A DNA stretch of 55,968 bases, taken from a virus (Duplodnaviria > Caudoviricetes). Positions 18,092 through 26,958 of the stretch are shown here, piece by piece. The notes beneath the pieces are model-generated. The model was not told the DNA's origin, ran no database searches, and saw nothing but the letters and a program-made list of their open reading frames with translations. Position numbers and translations under genes: made by a program. The DNA lies in the IMG/VR virus record IMGVR_UViG_3300044815_000221, positions 1-55,968 of that record; one strand, written 5' to 3'. Positions within the stretch are counted from its first letter, which is position 1, and the number at the start of each line of letters is the position of its first letter.

Positions 18092-19141
18092 CTACTCATC
18101 AATATCTCGGTATAGAATATAGTCAGTTGAAAATCCGCTGCCTGTTAAGTCATGCCTGATAGTGTCAATCAGATAAAGACCGCTCAGAAGATCACCAAAG
18201 CCAACGAGCTTTACAGTGTCACGAACATCAGAGCGCACAAGCGGCAAAGGTGGAATCGTGCGAACATTTGCGGAGAAGGCATGTTCACGATGCAGTTGCT
18301 TCCTCGCGTGAGCTTTCGTATCCGCGTATGTCTTGGTGTGAATCTCAAGGTCTTTCTGAACATCCAAATGCGTTACCCCGCGACGATGAACCTCAGACCT
18401 GCCAGTAAGCCGCCTGCCACCGCGCCCGCGTCCGCGCATCTCCACCTCAGATGGCCGCCCCTTCACGTTTTCAGGAATCTTATGAGTGAAATCAAACTGT
18501 TGTAAGATTCCAAATTCTTTTCGGTTGAGTGAGTAAGCGTCACTATGATTGGCTAGAGTAAGCGAAGGCGTTTTTGCCGTGTGTGCAGGCTCTTTCGCAT
18601 ACAACGTATCGCCGCGTACATAAAGAACCAGCCCCGCCGATTCAGCCCGCTCCATTGCAAGTTCCCAATCGGAATGCCCCGCCTGCATCATTGCCGAGTG
18701 TCGCTCATGTCGAAATGGTTTATCAGGCGCTTCAAACTTTAAGCCGTTTCGCTCTGCCAGCTTCTTAATGATTTCAACGTCGCTCAGTTTGTTGTGATAG
18801 CCAGTCTTCTTATGCTTGTGCATCTGGCTTCCCATGTCATAAGCGACGAGGGTTGTATCAAAGTCGTTGCGCTCCGTTCGATTGAGCAAGCCCTTAAAAA
18901 TAAACTCGCCCAAATCCATACCGAAGCCGAGCCAGAATCGCATCGGTAAATTGGTAAGCGCATTCTTAGTTGTGAAGCGATTGAGCAGCTTAAAGTCAGG
19001 GTCAAAGATTCTGAAATGTGCCTCAGAAATTTTATTAGTGGTTAGCTCGACGGTGACTTGCTGGATGAGACTCGGATGCTTCCATGAATCGAAAATTTCA
19101 CCGTTTACATCAATAATGGCGTGGGCGTTATCAGGAATCAT
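18092..19141 (-). CDS. baseplate hub gpD-like (element A)
   Basis: Paralog of 3179-4216. Confidence 0.85.
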   Translation of the reverse strand: MIPDNAHAIIDVNGEIFDSWKHPSLIQQVTVELTTNKISEAHFRIFDPDFKLLNRFTTKNALTNLPMRFWLGFGMDLGEFIFKGLLNRTERNDFDTTLVAYDMGSQMHKHKKTGYHNKLSDVEIIKKLAERNGLKFEAPDKPFRHERHSAMMQAGHSDWELAMERAESAGLVLYVRGDTLYAKEPAHTAKTPSLTLANHSDAYSLNRKEFGILQQFDFTHKIPENVKGRPSEVEMRGRGRGGRRLTGRSEVHRRGVTHLDVQKDLEIHTKTYADTKAHARKQLHREHAFSANVRTIPPLPLVRSDVRDTVKLVGFGDLLSGLYLIDTIRHDLTGSGFSTDYILYRDIDE

Positions 19142-19389
19142 ACAGAACCAAACCGCCCTTCATCGCGTGGCCTATTTGGAATAAGCAGAATTGTTCCAGC
19201 AGGTATCTGTCTTACGTCTATGATGTTGTTCCTGTCTGCAATAAGCCTCCAAAGTCGCCAGTCATCATAGAAGCGATGTGCCAGTCCCGTAAGCGTGTCA
19301 GCAGCCTTAAAAACATATTCCTCAAGATAAGCGTCGGATTCCGGCGATAGCCCGCCGTAGCGTTCGTATGGTGATATTGAACGGCTCAT
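19138..19389 (-). CDS. LysM baseplate protein (element A)
   Basis: Close paralog of 4213-4464. Confidence 0.9.
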   Translation of the reverse strand: MSRSISPYERYGGLSPESDAYLEEYVFKAADTLTGLAHRFYDDWRLWRLIADRNNIIDVRQIPAGTILLIPNRPRDEGRFGSV

Positions 19390-19391
19390 TG

Positions 19392-21899
19392 CTACGCGCC
19401 TCTCTCTTCGTCTCTATCTTTCTCTTCCGCAATCATGCGCGCCAATTGTCGCGGGTTAAGATTTGAGGCATTGTTAATCTTGATGTCGTACCGATGATGA
19501 TGCGTGTGATGATGCACTCCCCCGCGCGATTCTCTTGCAGAGAGCGATGAATCTGCATATTGACCAGACTCGCGCTGTGGCCTGCCGCCATACATTGCAT
19601 GTATAAGCTCAACTCCACGATCAGGCCGAACATAGCCATGAAGCGAGCCTTGAATTACCGTTGCCCCTTCCTTCTGGTCGCCAGTTGGCGGCGGGTTTGT
19701 TGGTGAAGCATTATTCAGCCGCGAAGCTGAATTGATAATGCTTTCAGTTAGGGTTTTTGACGCCTCTCCTACACTTAAAAAGGCATCGGGAACGGGCAAC
19801 ATCTTTAATTGAAGCTGCTCGAATAGCTGATTGGTTGGTGCTAATTGCTGGCTGAGATTCTGAATCTCTTGAGTTGTTTGCTGCGTCGCTTGGCGGTAGC
19901 TCTCAGGGAAAGCCATCTCAAGAGTTTTTGCCATCATGCCAAACTCATCGGGTTTAAGCTTACTTTTGGTAAGATTAAGAAACTCCCGCATCACATCCGG
20001 CACGGAAAGTTCTTGATGATGTTGCTGAAAATCTGCGGCGGCAACAGGGGCGCTCCAACGCCCTCCGAAGGTGTAAGGGTTCTGCGGTTGAAGCGAAGCG
20101 GCACGCACGACACTCTCAAGCATGTTCACAGTGCGACTACCCTTGAAGGCATCTCCCATGTAATCAATCGTATCGGTTTCGCCAAAATTCCCTACAAGCT
20201 TATCGCGCTTTGAGATGTCAGCCCACGCTGTTTGTGCGTTAGACTTATAAAAATCTTGAGGAACGGGCTGGCCTAACTCAGCATAATGCTTCCGCAGCTT
20301 AAGCAGTGATTTTAGATTGCCGCTGTTCGCGCTATCGGCACCTCTCTGCGCTTCATCAGCAGCGTTTTCGGCCTCGACGTGCTCAATAATTTTGCTGACT
20401 GTATAGACGGTAGCTATTGTGAGACCAATCGGACCAAGCGCACTCAGCGTCCCAAGCTTAGTCAACAGCCCACCTACCGACGCACCTGCACCGCCCGCCT
20501 CCCCACTCAAGCCAGCGAAATATCCGACCAACCCTGAGCCTTTCAAAATAGCGGCAGTTTCAGCGAGAGCAGACAACCCTTTGCCGCCCACAAGAACCGC
20601 AACAGCCCACTTCGCCGCCGTCGGATGCTCTCCAAAAATCTTAACGACAGGCGTTAATGAATCAACAAGTTTGGTTCCAGTTTCTACCAGAGGCTCGCCA
20701 ACTTTCGTCCTGAAATTTTCTAATGCTGCCGTGAACTTCTCAATTTTACCCATTGGCGAATCTAACGCCTGATCGTATGCTTGTCCGATGTCCTTAGATT
20801 TCTCAGTCATTCCTGATTCTTTTAGGACTTGATTCCTTTGCGTGGTAAGCAGGCTCATCATGCGAAAGGCGGTATTCTTCTGGAAAAGCCTGCCTAGCTC
20901 CGCACGCACAGCGTTATCATCGGCGGTATTGATGCCGTGAGTTTTCATCGCCCCCATGAGCATATCGGCGGCTTCTAAGGGGTCGCGCATGAACGGCTCT
21001 GCCAGCTTGTTACCACCTGGAAGAATCCGTTTTATCTTCTGCGCCTTGCCAAACTGAACTTTATTTTTATCAACCAACCCAAGCCGCGAAAATTCCTCTG
21101 CCGCGTATTGAGGCATCACACCTGTTACCAAAGCGCGATAGGATGCCTGCAAAGCCGTTCCCGCTCCTGCTCCTTTCAGTTCCATCAAAACGCTTTGCAT
21201 GTGGCGCAAGCCTTCAACGGATAAACCCTGAGCAGCAGGCGAACCCATGCGAGCGAAATCAAACAACTCCGTAGGAGAAACTTTTCCAGCGCGTGCAGTC
21301 TGCATCTGCACCATCACGTTGAAAAACTTCTCCATCTCATCGCGCCCCTTCGAAACCTTCCCTGTCACTTCAAGAAAGCGGAAAGCTGCGTCGGTTTGCT
21401 TTTCGACTTCTTCGGGGCTGTATTGATCTCCGAGCAGGGTCTTAAGAGAGAATTGATATTTTGAAGCAAGTGGTAATGCTTCTATGGCGTGATCTAAGCT
21501 GCCGAGTGCGGTATGGAGCGTTGCTATCTCAGTGGTCGCATCCGCTAGAGAGATGCCCTGAATGTTCTTGACGGTTTCTTCAACGGCCTTAAATGCGCGT
21601 GCATTCTCAGCAGGGGAAAGATTGATAGCCTGAAACTTGCCCTGTGCTCTGGCAAGTTTCATGTAGGCGTCGGTATAGACGCTCAATGAATCGGCTTGAC
21701 GACGCCACACATCGCCCACGCGGGACAACGGAGCAATGACCCTATCGTGGAGCGAAGCGAGATTGCCGAGAACTCCGGCGTGCTTCGTAGCCGCTCCACC
21801 TAACCTCCCAAGCCGAGCCTCGAATTTATCAAGGCCCTGTGAAGCGCGGTCTTGCAGGCTCAGGAGTATCTTTAGTTCGTATGTTTCACTTCCCGCCAC
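19392..21899 (-). CDS. tape measure protein TMP2 (element A)
   Basis: 835 aa; N-terminus YEL.ILLSL.D.AS.GLD.FE shared with TMP1 and TMP3; GAGAGTAL core; hydrophobic segments. Confidence 0.88.
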   Translation of the reverse strand: MAGSETYELKILLSLQDRASQGLDKFEARLGRLGGAATKHAGVLGNLASLHDRVIAPLSRVGDVWRRQADSLSVYTDAYMKLARAQGKFQAINLSPAENARAFKAVEETVKNIQGISLADATTEIATLHTALGSLDHAIEALPLASKYQFSLKTLLGDQYSPEEVEKQTDAAFRFLEVTGKVSKGRDEMEKFFNVMVQMQTARAGKVSPTELFDFARMGSPAAQGLSVEGLRHMQSVLMELKGAGAGTALQASYRALVTGVMPQYAAEEFSRLGLVDKNKVQFGKAQKIKRILPGGNKLAEPFMRDPLEAADMLMGAMKTHGINTADDNAVRAELGRLFQKNTAFRMMSLLTTQRNQVLKESGMTEKSKDIGQAYDQALDSPMGKIEKFTAALENFRTKVGEPLVETGTKLVDSLTPVVKIFGEHPTAAKWAVAVLVGGKGLSALAETAAILKGSGLVGYFAGLSGEAGGAGASVGGLLTKLGTLSALGPIGLTIATVYTVSKIIEHVEAENAADEAQRGADSANSGNLKSLLKLRKHYAELGQPVPQDFYKSNAQTAWADISKRDKLVGNFGETDTIDYMGDAFKGSRTVNMLESVVRAASLQPQNPYTFGGRWSAPVAAADFQQHHQELSVPDVMREFLNLTKSKLKPDEFGMMAKTLEMAFPESYRQATQQTTQEIQNLSQQLAPTNQLFEQLQLKMLPVPDAFLSVGEASKTLTESIINSASRLNNASPTNPPPTGDQKEGATVIQGSLHGYVRPDRGVELIHAMYGGRPQRESGQYADSSLSARESRGGVHHHTHHHRYDIKINNASNLNPRQLARMIAEEKDRDEERGA

Positions 21900-22056
21900 G
21901 CCTGACCTCGCTTATCTCTTCGACGATCTCTAAATATCCATTGCGCCGTTCAATAGACATCTCAAGGATGTCAGATTCTTTCCAATGAAATTCTCTGGAT
22001 AGAATCGCCACCGTGTAGGCTGTCGTCTTCCTGAATCTTTTTTCTGCTTTTGCGAA
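21886..22056 (-). CDS. frameshift extension of chaperone (element A)
   Basis: +1-frame FAKAEKRFRKTTAYTVAILSREFHWKESDILEMSIERRNGYLE... from TCT-TTT-CGC (22052-22060). Confidence 0.7.
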   Translation of the reverse strand, partial: FAKAEKRFRKTTAYTVAILSREFHWKESDILEMSIERRNGYLEIVEEISEVRRGGK

Positions 22057-22663
22057 AAGATTCCCGCCACCTACGGGCGGCGGCTTCTAAAGCGAAAATA
22101 TCAACCATGTCAAACTGCTTGAAAACTTCTAAATCAAGAGCGCCCTCAATGCGGCCTGCCCCCTCTGATTGTGAAAGCCTGACGACCTGCTGCCCAGCCA
22201 GATAACAAAGCCGCTTGACACCTTCCAGTTCGAGTTTGTCGGCTTCAAGTTCGTGCAGGCCGGTGAGACGCACGCCGAACGTCACCACGTCATAAACAGC
22301 GCCGTTGACTTCATGCCCGAAGGCAAGTTTGACCGTATCATCCGACAGGGACTCGGCAACACGTCCGCCAAGACCGCTCGCAGAAAAGAGATTGTAAGCC
22401 GCCGACAAATCATCTCTATCAATGGCATCCAAATGGAGTAGCCATAATTGAGTAACGGGCATTTTGGCTTCCCCGAATTTAGTAATAGCTTTGGCAAGAA
22501 TCATGTCGCTATAAGTCGTCGCAAGCTTTGCTCGCGGGTCGTCGCCAATGTAAAAAAGGTCAAGCCCTGTTAAGCGATGGCCGAAAGTAACGTCCTTATG
22601 CACCTTGCCTTGCCTGTCCGTGTATCCAATCTCTAGCGTGATGTCGAGCGGTTCAACTTCCAT
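21971..22663 (-). CDS. tail assembly chaperone (element A; start reassigned to 22663)
   Basis: Paralog of 7798-8469; AGGAGA RBS upstream of MEVEP. Confidence 0.78.
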   Translation of the reverse strand: MEVEPLDITLEIGYTDRQGKVHKDVTFGHRLTGLDLFYIGDDPRAKLATTYSDMILAKAITKFGEAKMPVTQLWLLHLDAIDRDDLSAAYNLFSASGLGGRVAESLSDDTVKLAFGHEVNGAVYDVVTFGVRLTGLHELEADKLELEGVKRLCYLAGQQVVRLSQSEGAGRIEGALDLEVFKQFDMVDIFALEAAARRWRESFRKSRKKIQEDDSLHGGDSIQRISLERI

Positions 22664-22689
22664 CTGTTTCTCTCCTAATTTGTAAAAGT

Positions 22690-22788
22690 AAAAGCCCGCC
22701 AACCTTTTCAGGTCAACGGGCTGCATGAGCCGGTAGATACCGCAATTCAGGGACTGTGAAAGTCCGCGAGATATTTGAATTGTTTATA
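22690..22788 (-). promoter_or_regulatory. conserved leader L3 driving element A tail genes
   Basis: - strand TATAAA...GGACT-TTCAC-AGTCC...GGCTCATGCA-GCCCGTTGACC-TGAAAA-GGTTGGCGGGC-TTTT. Confidence 0.82.
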
Positions 22789-22801
22789 GCACGCAGGCTA
22801 T

Positions 22802-23098
22802 CTAAGCGCCATTCCTTTGCTTCCCAAAGATTGCAAAAATAACAAGCAAAACAATCCCACCAAAGACGCCCCACACAACAAGAGCGGACATATGAGCGGA
22901 TTCAATTAAAAAGAGAGCCAAGAGATATAAAACCAAGAAAGCGAACCCCATCTTTACAAGTGCGGCCAGCGCGACGAGAACCGATAAAGCATTTGGCTTT
23001 TTAGGCACAGGCTTCCCACATTGCGGACACATCGCCGCCTGTGTTGAGACTTGCTTGCCGCAATCTGGACAGGTAACTAAAGGCATAACATTACTCAC
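22802..23098 (-). CDS. zinc-ribbon membrane protein (element A)
   Basis: CPDCGKQVS..A..CPQCG plus two hydrophobic helices. Confidence 0.75.
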   Translation of the reverse strand: MSNVMPLVTCPDCGKQVSTQAAMCPQCGKPVPKKPNALSVLVALAALVKMGFAFLVLYLLALFLIESAHMSALVVWGVFGGIVLLVIFAIFGKQRNGA

Positions 23099-23118
23099 TT
23101 CAAATTAGCGGACATTAA

Positions 23119-23334
23119 CTAATCGCTAGAGTCAGGCGAAAAAACAAGAAGATCATTAGGCTTACAGCGTAGCGTCTTACACAAAAGATCAAGCGTACCT
23201 ATTCCTATTTTCTCAAGATCGTTTCGCCACCATTTCGCAGCCATTGAGGGCTGAACGCTTGCAGCTTTTTGTAATTGATACGCAGTTGTAATACCGCGCT
23301 TCTCTGCCATCTCTCGAATAGCAATAGTAATCAT
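23119..23334 (-). CDS. Cro/C1-type HTH repressor (element A)
   Basis: IREMAEKRGITTAYQLQK...TLDLLCKTLRCKPNDLL; TTTACG-17-TAGGAT just upstream suggests a near-leaderless transcript. Confidence 0.85.
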   Translation of the reverse strand: MITIAIREMAEKRGITTAYQLQKAASVQPSMAAKWWRNDLEKIGIGTLDLLCKTLRCKPNDLLVFSPDSSD

Positions 23335-23450
23335 AGAAAGAATCCTAACATTCGCTCCACATTACGTAAAGAAAAAATATCCTTCTAGCGATTACTTGCA
23401 GACGCATTATCTCTTGACATAATAATACGTCTAGGAGTAATATAAGCATG
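23335..23450. promoter_or_regulatory. divergent promoter/operator region (element A)
   Basis: TTGACA (23414) with TAATAT 18 bp downstream; imperfect 20-bp inverted pair at 23391-23410 and 23422-23441. Confidence 0.65.
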
Positions 23451-23503
23451 TCAGTTGGACGTAACAACAAACCACTTTTGCAGAACTCAAGGAGACAAAG
23501 AAA

Positions 23504-23650
23504 ATGAATCGCACGATGAACCAAACCTCAATCAACATCAGCACCACGAACGCCAAGCCGCAGACAGTCAACGCCATCAAGAAAGTCATGGTCTATGACC
23601 TGAGAGGGCAGGGGCGCGCGATTGAGAAGGTGCGTGGGATTCAAGTATAG
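23504..23650 (+). CDS. 48-aa protein, first gene of element A rightward operon (not in the ORF track)
   Basis: MNRTMNQTSINISTTNAKPQTVNAIKKVMVYDLRGQGRAIEKVRGIQV; AAGGAG RBS; near-identical copy at 32623-32769. Confidence 0.7.
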   Translation: MNRTMNQTSINISTTNAKPQTVNAIKKVMVYDLRGQGRAIEKVRGIQV

Positions 23651-23744
23651 CGGGAGGGGATTCCGCTAAAGAGGGGGGCTGGCTGGATATGGGCATCCAG
23701 CCAGCCTCTACACCATTAACCACAACTGTTCGGAGGGGATAACG

Positions 23745-24293
23745 ATGCCAAAAGATTCTACAACACAAGAACATAAACCGCCTGAGATTTGGGTATTCCA
23801 CCCCATTGACAGCAGCGAGGCGAGAGGATTAGCCGAAGTCATCTCAAACAGAATCAACCTGTGGGAGCGTGGAGGTATAGCAGGGTTGCTTATCAAGCTC
23901 CTTGCTGGCTTGGCTGCGAATTGTGACGGTTCAGGAAATGAAAGTTGTGGGTGCGCTGTTGAAGATGTCACATGGCACGCGCTCTTTGAGTTCTTCAAGA
24001 CAACCCAAAAGTTTAATGACACGTTCCATGATTACGTCGTCAACGATTTAAAGATCGCGCACGATTTCAGGAAAGAGGAAGAATCCGAGCCAGTAGCGCA
24101 GCCGGAACGCAAGATGCACTTTGAAGGAACGCTTGAGCGCATCGCCTACATCATCGGCAAGACGCGCTTTCTACTCACAGACCAATGCGAACTAACCGAC
24201 GATGAAGCATTAGGGAAAATCCGCGACTTAATCTCGGAGATGGACTGGCGAAAGGAGGGCGCGGGCGATGAAGAAGAGGCGACCAATAACTGA
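23745..24293 (+). CDS. hypothetical protein (element A)
   Basis: 182 aa, GGAGGGG RBS. Confidence 0.65.
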   Translation: MPKDSTTQEHKPPEIWVFHPIDSSEARGLAEVISNRINLWERGGIAGLLIKLLAGLAANCDGSGNESCGCAVEDVTWHALFEFFKTTQKFNDTFHDYVVNDLKIAHDFRKEEESEPVAQPERKMHFEGTLERIAYIIGKTRFLLTDQCELTDDEALGKIRDLISEMDWRKEGAGDEEEATNN

Positions 24294-24630
24294 CCGCGAA
24301 ATAAGAGCCGCAGTCTTAGAAGCTCAGTTTATCGCATTGGTCATTGAGCACCCGCAAACGCCCGCGCACATTTTAGAGACGGTTAAATACATGGTGCTCG
24401 GCGCTTGTGAGGGGATAGCTAAATACTTGAAAGACCACAACCCCGACGCACAGATGGCGCATGACATTTACCCTTACGGTAGGGCGGCATTAGGCGTCCC
24501 CATGAAGAAGTGCTTCAAAATCTTCATGGAACAGGTTAAGAGTGATGCGCCCAACGTCTTACTCTCAATCATGGAGTCATTACCAAAAAGCGAGGCAAAG
24601 AACGATGAACCTAGCAATCAAACTAAATAG
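24268..24630 (+). CDS. hypothetical protein (element A)
   Basis: 120 aa, AAGGAGG RBS, overlapping operon. Confidence 0.6.
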   Translation: MKKRRPITDREIRAAVLEAQFIALVIEHPQTPAHILETVKYMVLGACEGIAKYLKDHNPDAQMAHDIYPYGRAALGVPMKKCFKIFMEQVKSDAPNVLLSIMESLPKSEAKNDEPSNQTK

Positions 24631-24904
24631 CAACCCCAATCCTGAGCCTTGTCCACTTTGCGGTCAAGAGACTAACCCTAACATCGGCGCAGAGCTAACA
24701 CTGGCTGAGAATGAGCTAGTCGTTTGTCGTGACTGCGGCCTGACTCACGCGCCCCTGCTCGTCTCACTTCTCACGCTTGGTTTTCTCGCCACCGATTACA
24801 GCCTGTGTGAACGCGACTACGGCGACCTCTGGCAAGCCTCGCGTGAAGCTAGTCCGCGTGAAAGCCTGAACTGGAATCAACACTTGGAAGCTGATGCGGC
24901 ATGA
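24605..24904 (+). CDS. zinc-finger protein (CxxC...CxxC), conserved in both elements
   Basis: MNLAIKLNSNP.PEPCPLCG...VCRDCG; near-identical to 34183-34482. Confidence 0.75.
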   Translation: MNLAIKLNSNPNPEPCPLCGQETNPNIGAELTLAENELVVCRDCGLTHAPLLVSLLTLGFLATDYSLCERDYGDLWQASREASPRESLNWNQHLEADAA

Positions 24905-25137
24905 GCGCGGCGATTCTCAACATCAATCTCATCAAGCATCCGTTGGATACTTATTTCGTGAGGTTTGGCGGCTCGATTCTAGTGGTAGATAGAGCCGCCA
25001 TTACAGATGATGGAGATACGGTGATAGTCAGACTTCACGATCAACTCATGGTTACAACACTCAACATTAAAGATGGTAGCGAGCGCGTTGATTATGAAGT
25101 TTGGGGCAAGGTTGCTTATTTCATCTTTGAAGCGTGA
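24901..25137 (+). CDS. truncated S24 (LexA/UmuD)-like domain protein
   Basis: LIKHP.DTYFVR..GSILVVDRA....DGD.VIV...VWGKV; lacks the GDSM segment; copy at 34479-34715. Confidence 0.6.
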   Translation: MSAAILNINLIKHPLDTYFVRFGGSILVVDRAAITDDGDTVIVRLHDQLMVTTLNIKDGSERVDYEVWGKVAYFIFEA

Positions 25138-25178
25138 AGGGAAGGGGCGCACCGTAAAAATGCGCCCCTATTAACACA

Positions 25179-26318
25179 ATGAGAAATCAATTATTAGATT
25201 GTCAAATATCGGAAATTTGTCGGCGGTATCAGGCTGGCGAATCCGCCTCATCCCTTGCAAGAGCATTCAGCGTGAACCATGAAACAATTTGCAATCGCCT
25301 TACTTGGTCGGGCATCAAGCTTCGCAGCCATAAAGAGTCGGCAGCATTAACCGGAAACTTATCCCAACATCAAATCGCTGAAATGGCATCGCTCTACCGC
25401 TCAGGCTCAACAACGCCTCAACTGGCGTCACGATATAAAATCAAGCCTCAATCAATTTCGTATCATCTCAAAAAGCAGGGCGTAGAGTTACGGGAAAGAC
25501 CCGAAGCGCGGCGCAAACATACATTAAACGAAGCGGCGTTTGATTCCCTGAATGAAGAAGGCGCGTACTGGATTGGCTTCTTGATGGCAGATGGTTGTGT
25601 CCATAAGAGAAATGGTGCTTCTCCGCGCATCTCAATAGCTTTAGCGCGTTGTGATATTGAACATCTTGAAGCATTCAAGATGTTCTTAGGAGCATCTAAC
25701 CCAATACACATAGACGGAAATTGCGCTTGCTTTTCGGTTTCCTCAAACAAGCTTTCAAACTCTATTGCAAGATATGGAATCACGCCAAGAAAATCTTTGA
25801 CGGCTAAAGTTATTGACCTTGAACAGAGCAAAGATTTCTGGCGCGGAGTAATTGATGGCGACGGCTCACTGTCAGACATTCAGAGATATTCAGACCTTAA
25901 AACCAAACATAGAACTCAATTATCCCTGCTAGGCTCTCAAGCTTTGATGGAGCAATTTTCGTTATTCGTTCAAAGCATCGCCAACTTCAAGCCTAAAACT
26001 TTTCAGCTTGGAAACATCTTCACGGTGGTTATCAGAGGGGCGACAGCCGCACAAGTTGTAACTGCGCTTTACGCGGATTGTTCGATTGCCCTTCCTAGAA
26101 AACTAAAAAGAGCAAAGAGGATAATTGAAGATTCAAAGAATATCGCACAACGTAAATGCCTAAGATGCGGGCATGTGTGGTTTCCAAATGCAAACAACCA
26201 AGCACCTAAAACATGCTCAAAATGTCGCAGCCAATGCTGGAACATCTCAAAACCTCAAAAGCATTTGCCAATTCATAATGAAGCCAAAAGCTTCTTTAAC
26301 CCAACCTTGCCGCAATGA
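25179..26318 (+). CDS. free-standing two-motif LAGLIDADG endonuclease with N-terminal HTH repeats (element A)
   Basis: AYWIGFLMADGCV and DFWRGVIDGDGSL motifs; C-terminal CLRC...CSKC zinc ribbon. Confidence 0.9.
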   Translation: MRNQLLDCQISEICRRYQAGESASSLARAFSVNHETICNRLTWSGIKLRSHKESAALTGNLSQHQIAEMASLYRSGSTTPQLASRYKIKPQSISYHLKKQGVELRERPEARRKHTLNEAAFDSLNEEGAYWIGFLMADGCVHKRNGASPRISIALARCDIEHLEAFKMFLGASNPIHIDGNCACFSVSSNKLSNSIARYGITPRKSLTAKVIDLEQSKDFWRGVIDGDGSLSDIQRYSDLKTKHRTQLSLLGSQALMEQFSLFVQSIANFKPKTFQLGNIFTVVIRGATAAQVVTALYADCSIALPRKLKRAKRIIEDSKNIAQRKCLRCGHVWFPNANNQAPKTCSKCRSQCWNISKPQKHLPIHNEAKSFFNPTLPQ

Positions 26319-26395
26319 TACGCCGCTCGCATATTCTTTCTAAATAGCACTTCCAAGTGAAGCGGGCTTATCGGATGGCACTCAAAAGTTTTGTC

Positions 26396-26916
26396 AAAAA
26401 TTGTCTCAAGGTGAAACGCTCCAAGCTGCGCCTGACTCGCGCCGTCGAGAATTTCACGAAAGCGTTTAATGGTCTCGCGCTGCGGCGTGCCCTCTTCGAG
26501 TGCGCGTGCAATCTCCGTCTTAAATCCTTCGAGAACGTCATCGCGATAGATGCCGCCAACTGTAAAGGCCGACGCACGCGCTTCATCGCGCAAGTCATCA
26601 AACTCTTTGCGCGTGACAACTTTCTTCCTGCGGAAATACTCAATCGCCTTTGTCGGGGCAACGTCGAACTTGAAGAAATCCTCTTCAGCGAACTCAACCT
26701 GATCGTTGACCTCCGACACCTGATCGCGCCCCAACAGATAAGACGCCAACAATCCATCGCCGAGCACTTCAAAAAGAAGATCGAATGAACCAATAAACTT
26801 TTCAAAGAACAGGGCTGGCAACTTCGCCAGGTTCTCTTGCTTTTCAAGATGGACGATGATTTCGCCTAACGCTTCATCGTAGAAGGGCGCAGCTTCTCGA
26901 AGCGTTCCATCTTCAA
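26396..26916 (-). pseudogene. muF 5' fragment, sandwiched between elements A and B
   Basis: AIEYFRRKK....FDDL.DEARASAFTVGGI...DVL......ALEEG......F.......HLETIF, the typical MuF N-terminal half. Confidence 0.88.
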
Positions 26917-26958
26917 AGGCTCGCCGTCGCCCAACCCCATAAGCGACCTGCATGTTCG

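Larger units (their letters stand above)
17076..26395. mobile_element. element A: LAGLIDADG-linked tail-initiation cassette inserted in muF
   Basis: muF reads HLETIF at 26396 and resumes RTN at 17075; internal organisation parallels element B. Confidence 0.85.

Noticed and set aside
17075-26396. Element A as a mini-Mu with TG...CA ends moved by MuA
   Set aside because: TGTTAAAACT and TGACAAAACT give only a short imperfect inverted repeat; there is no 5-bp target duplication and element B has no equivalent ends.
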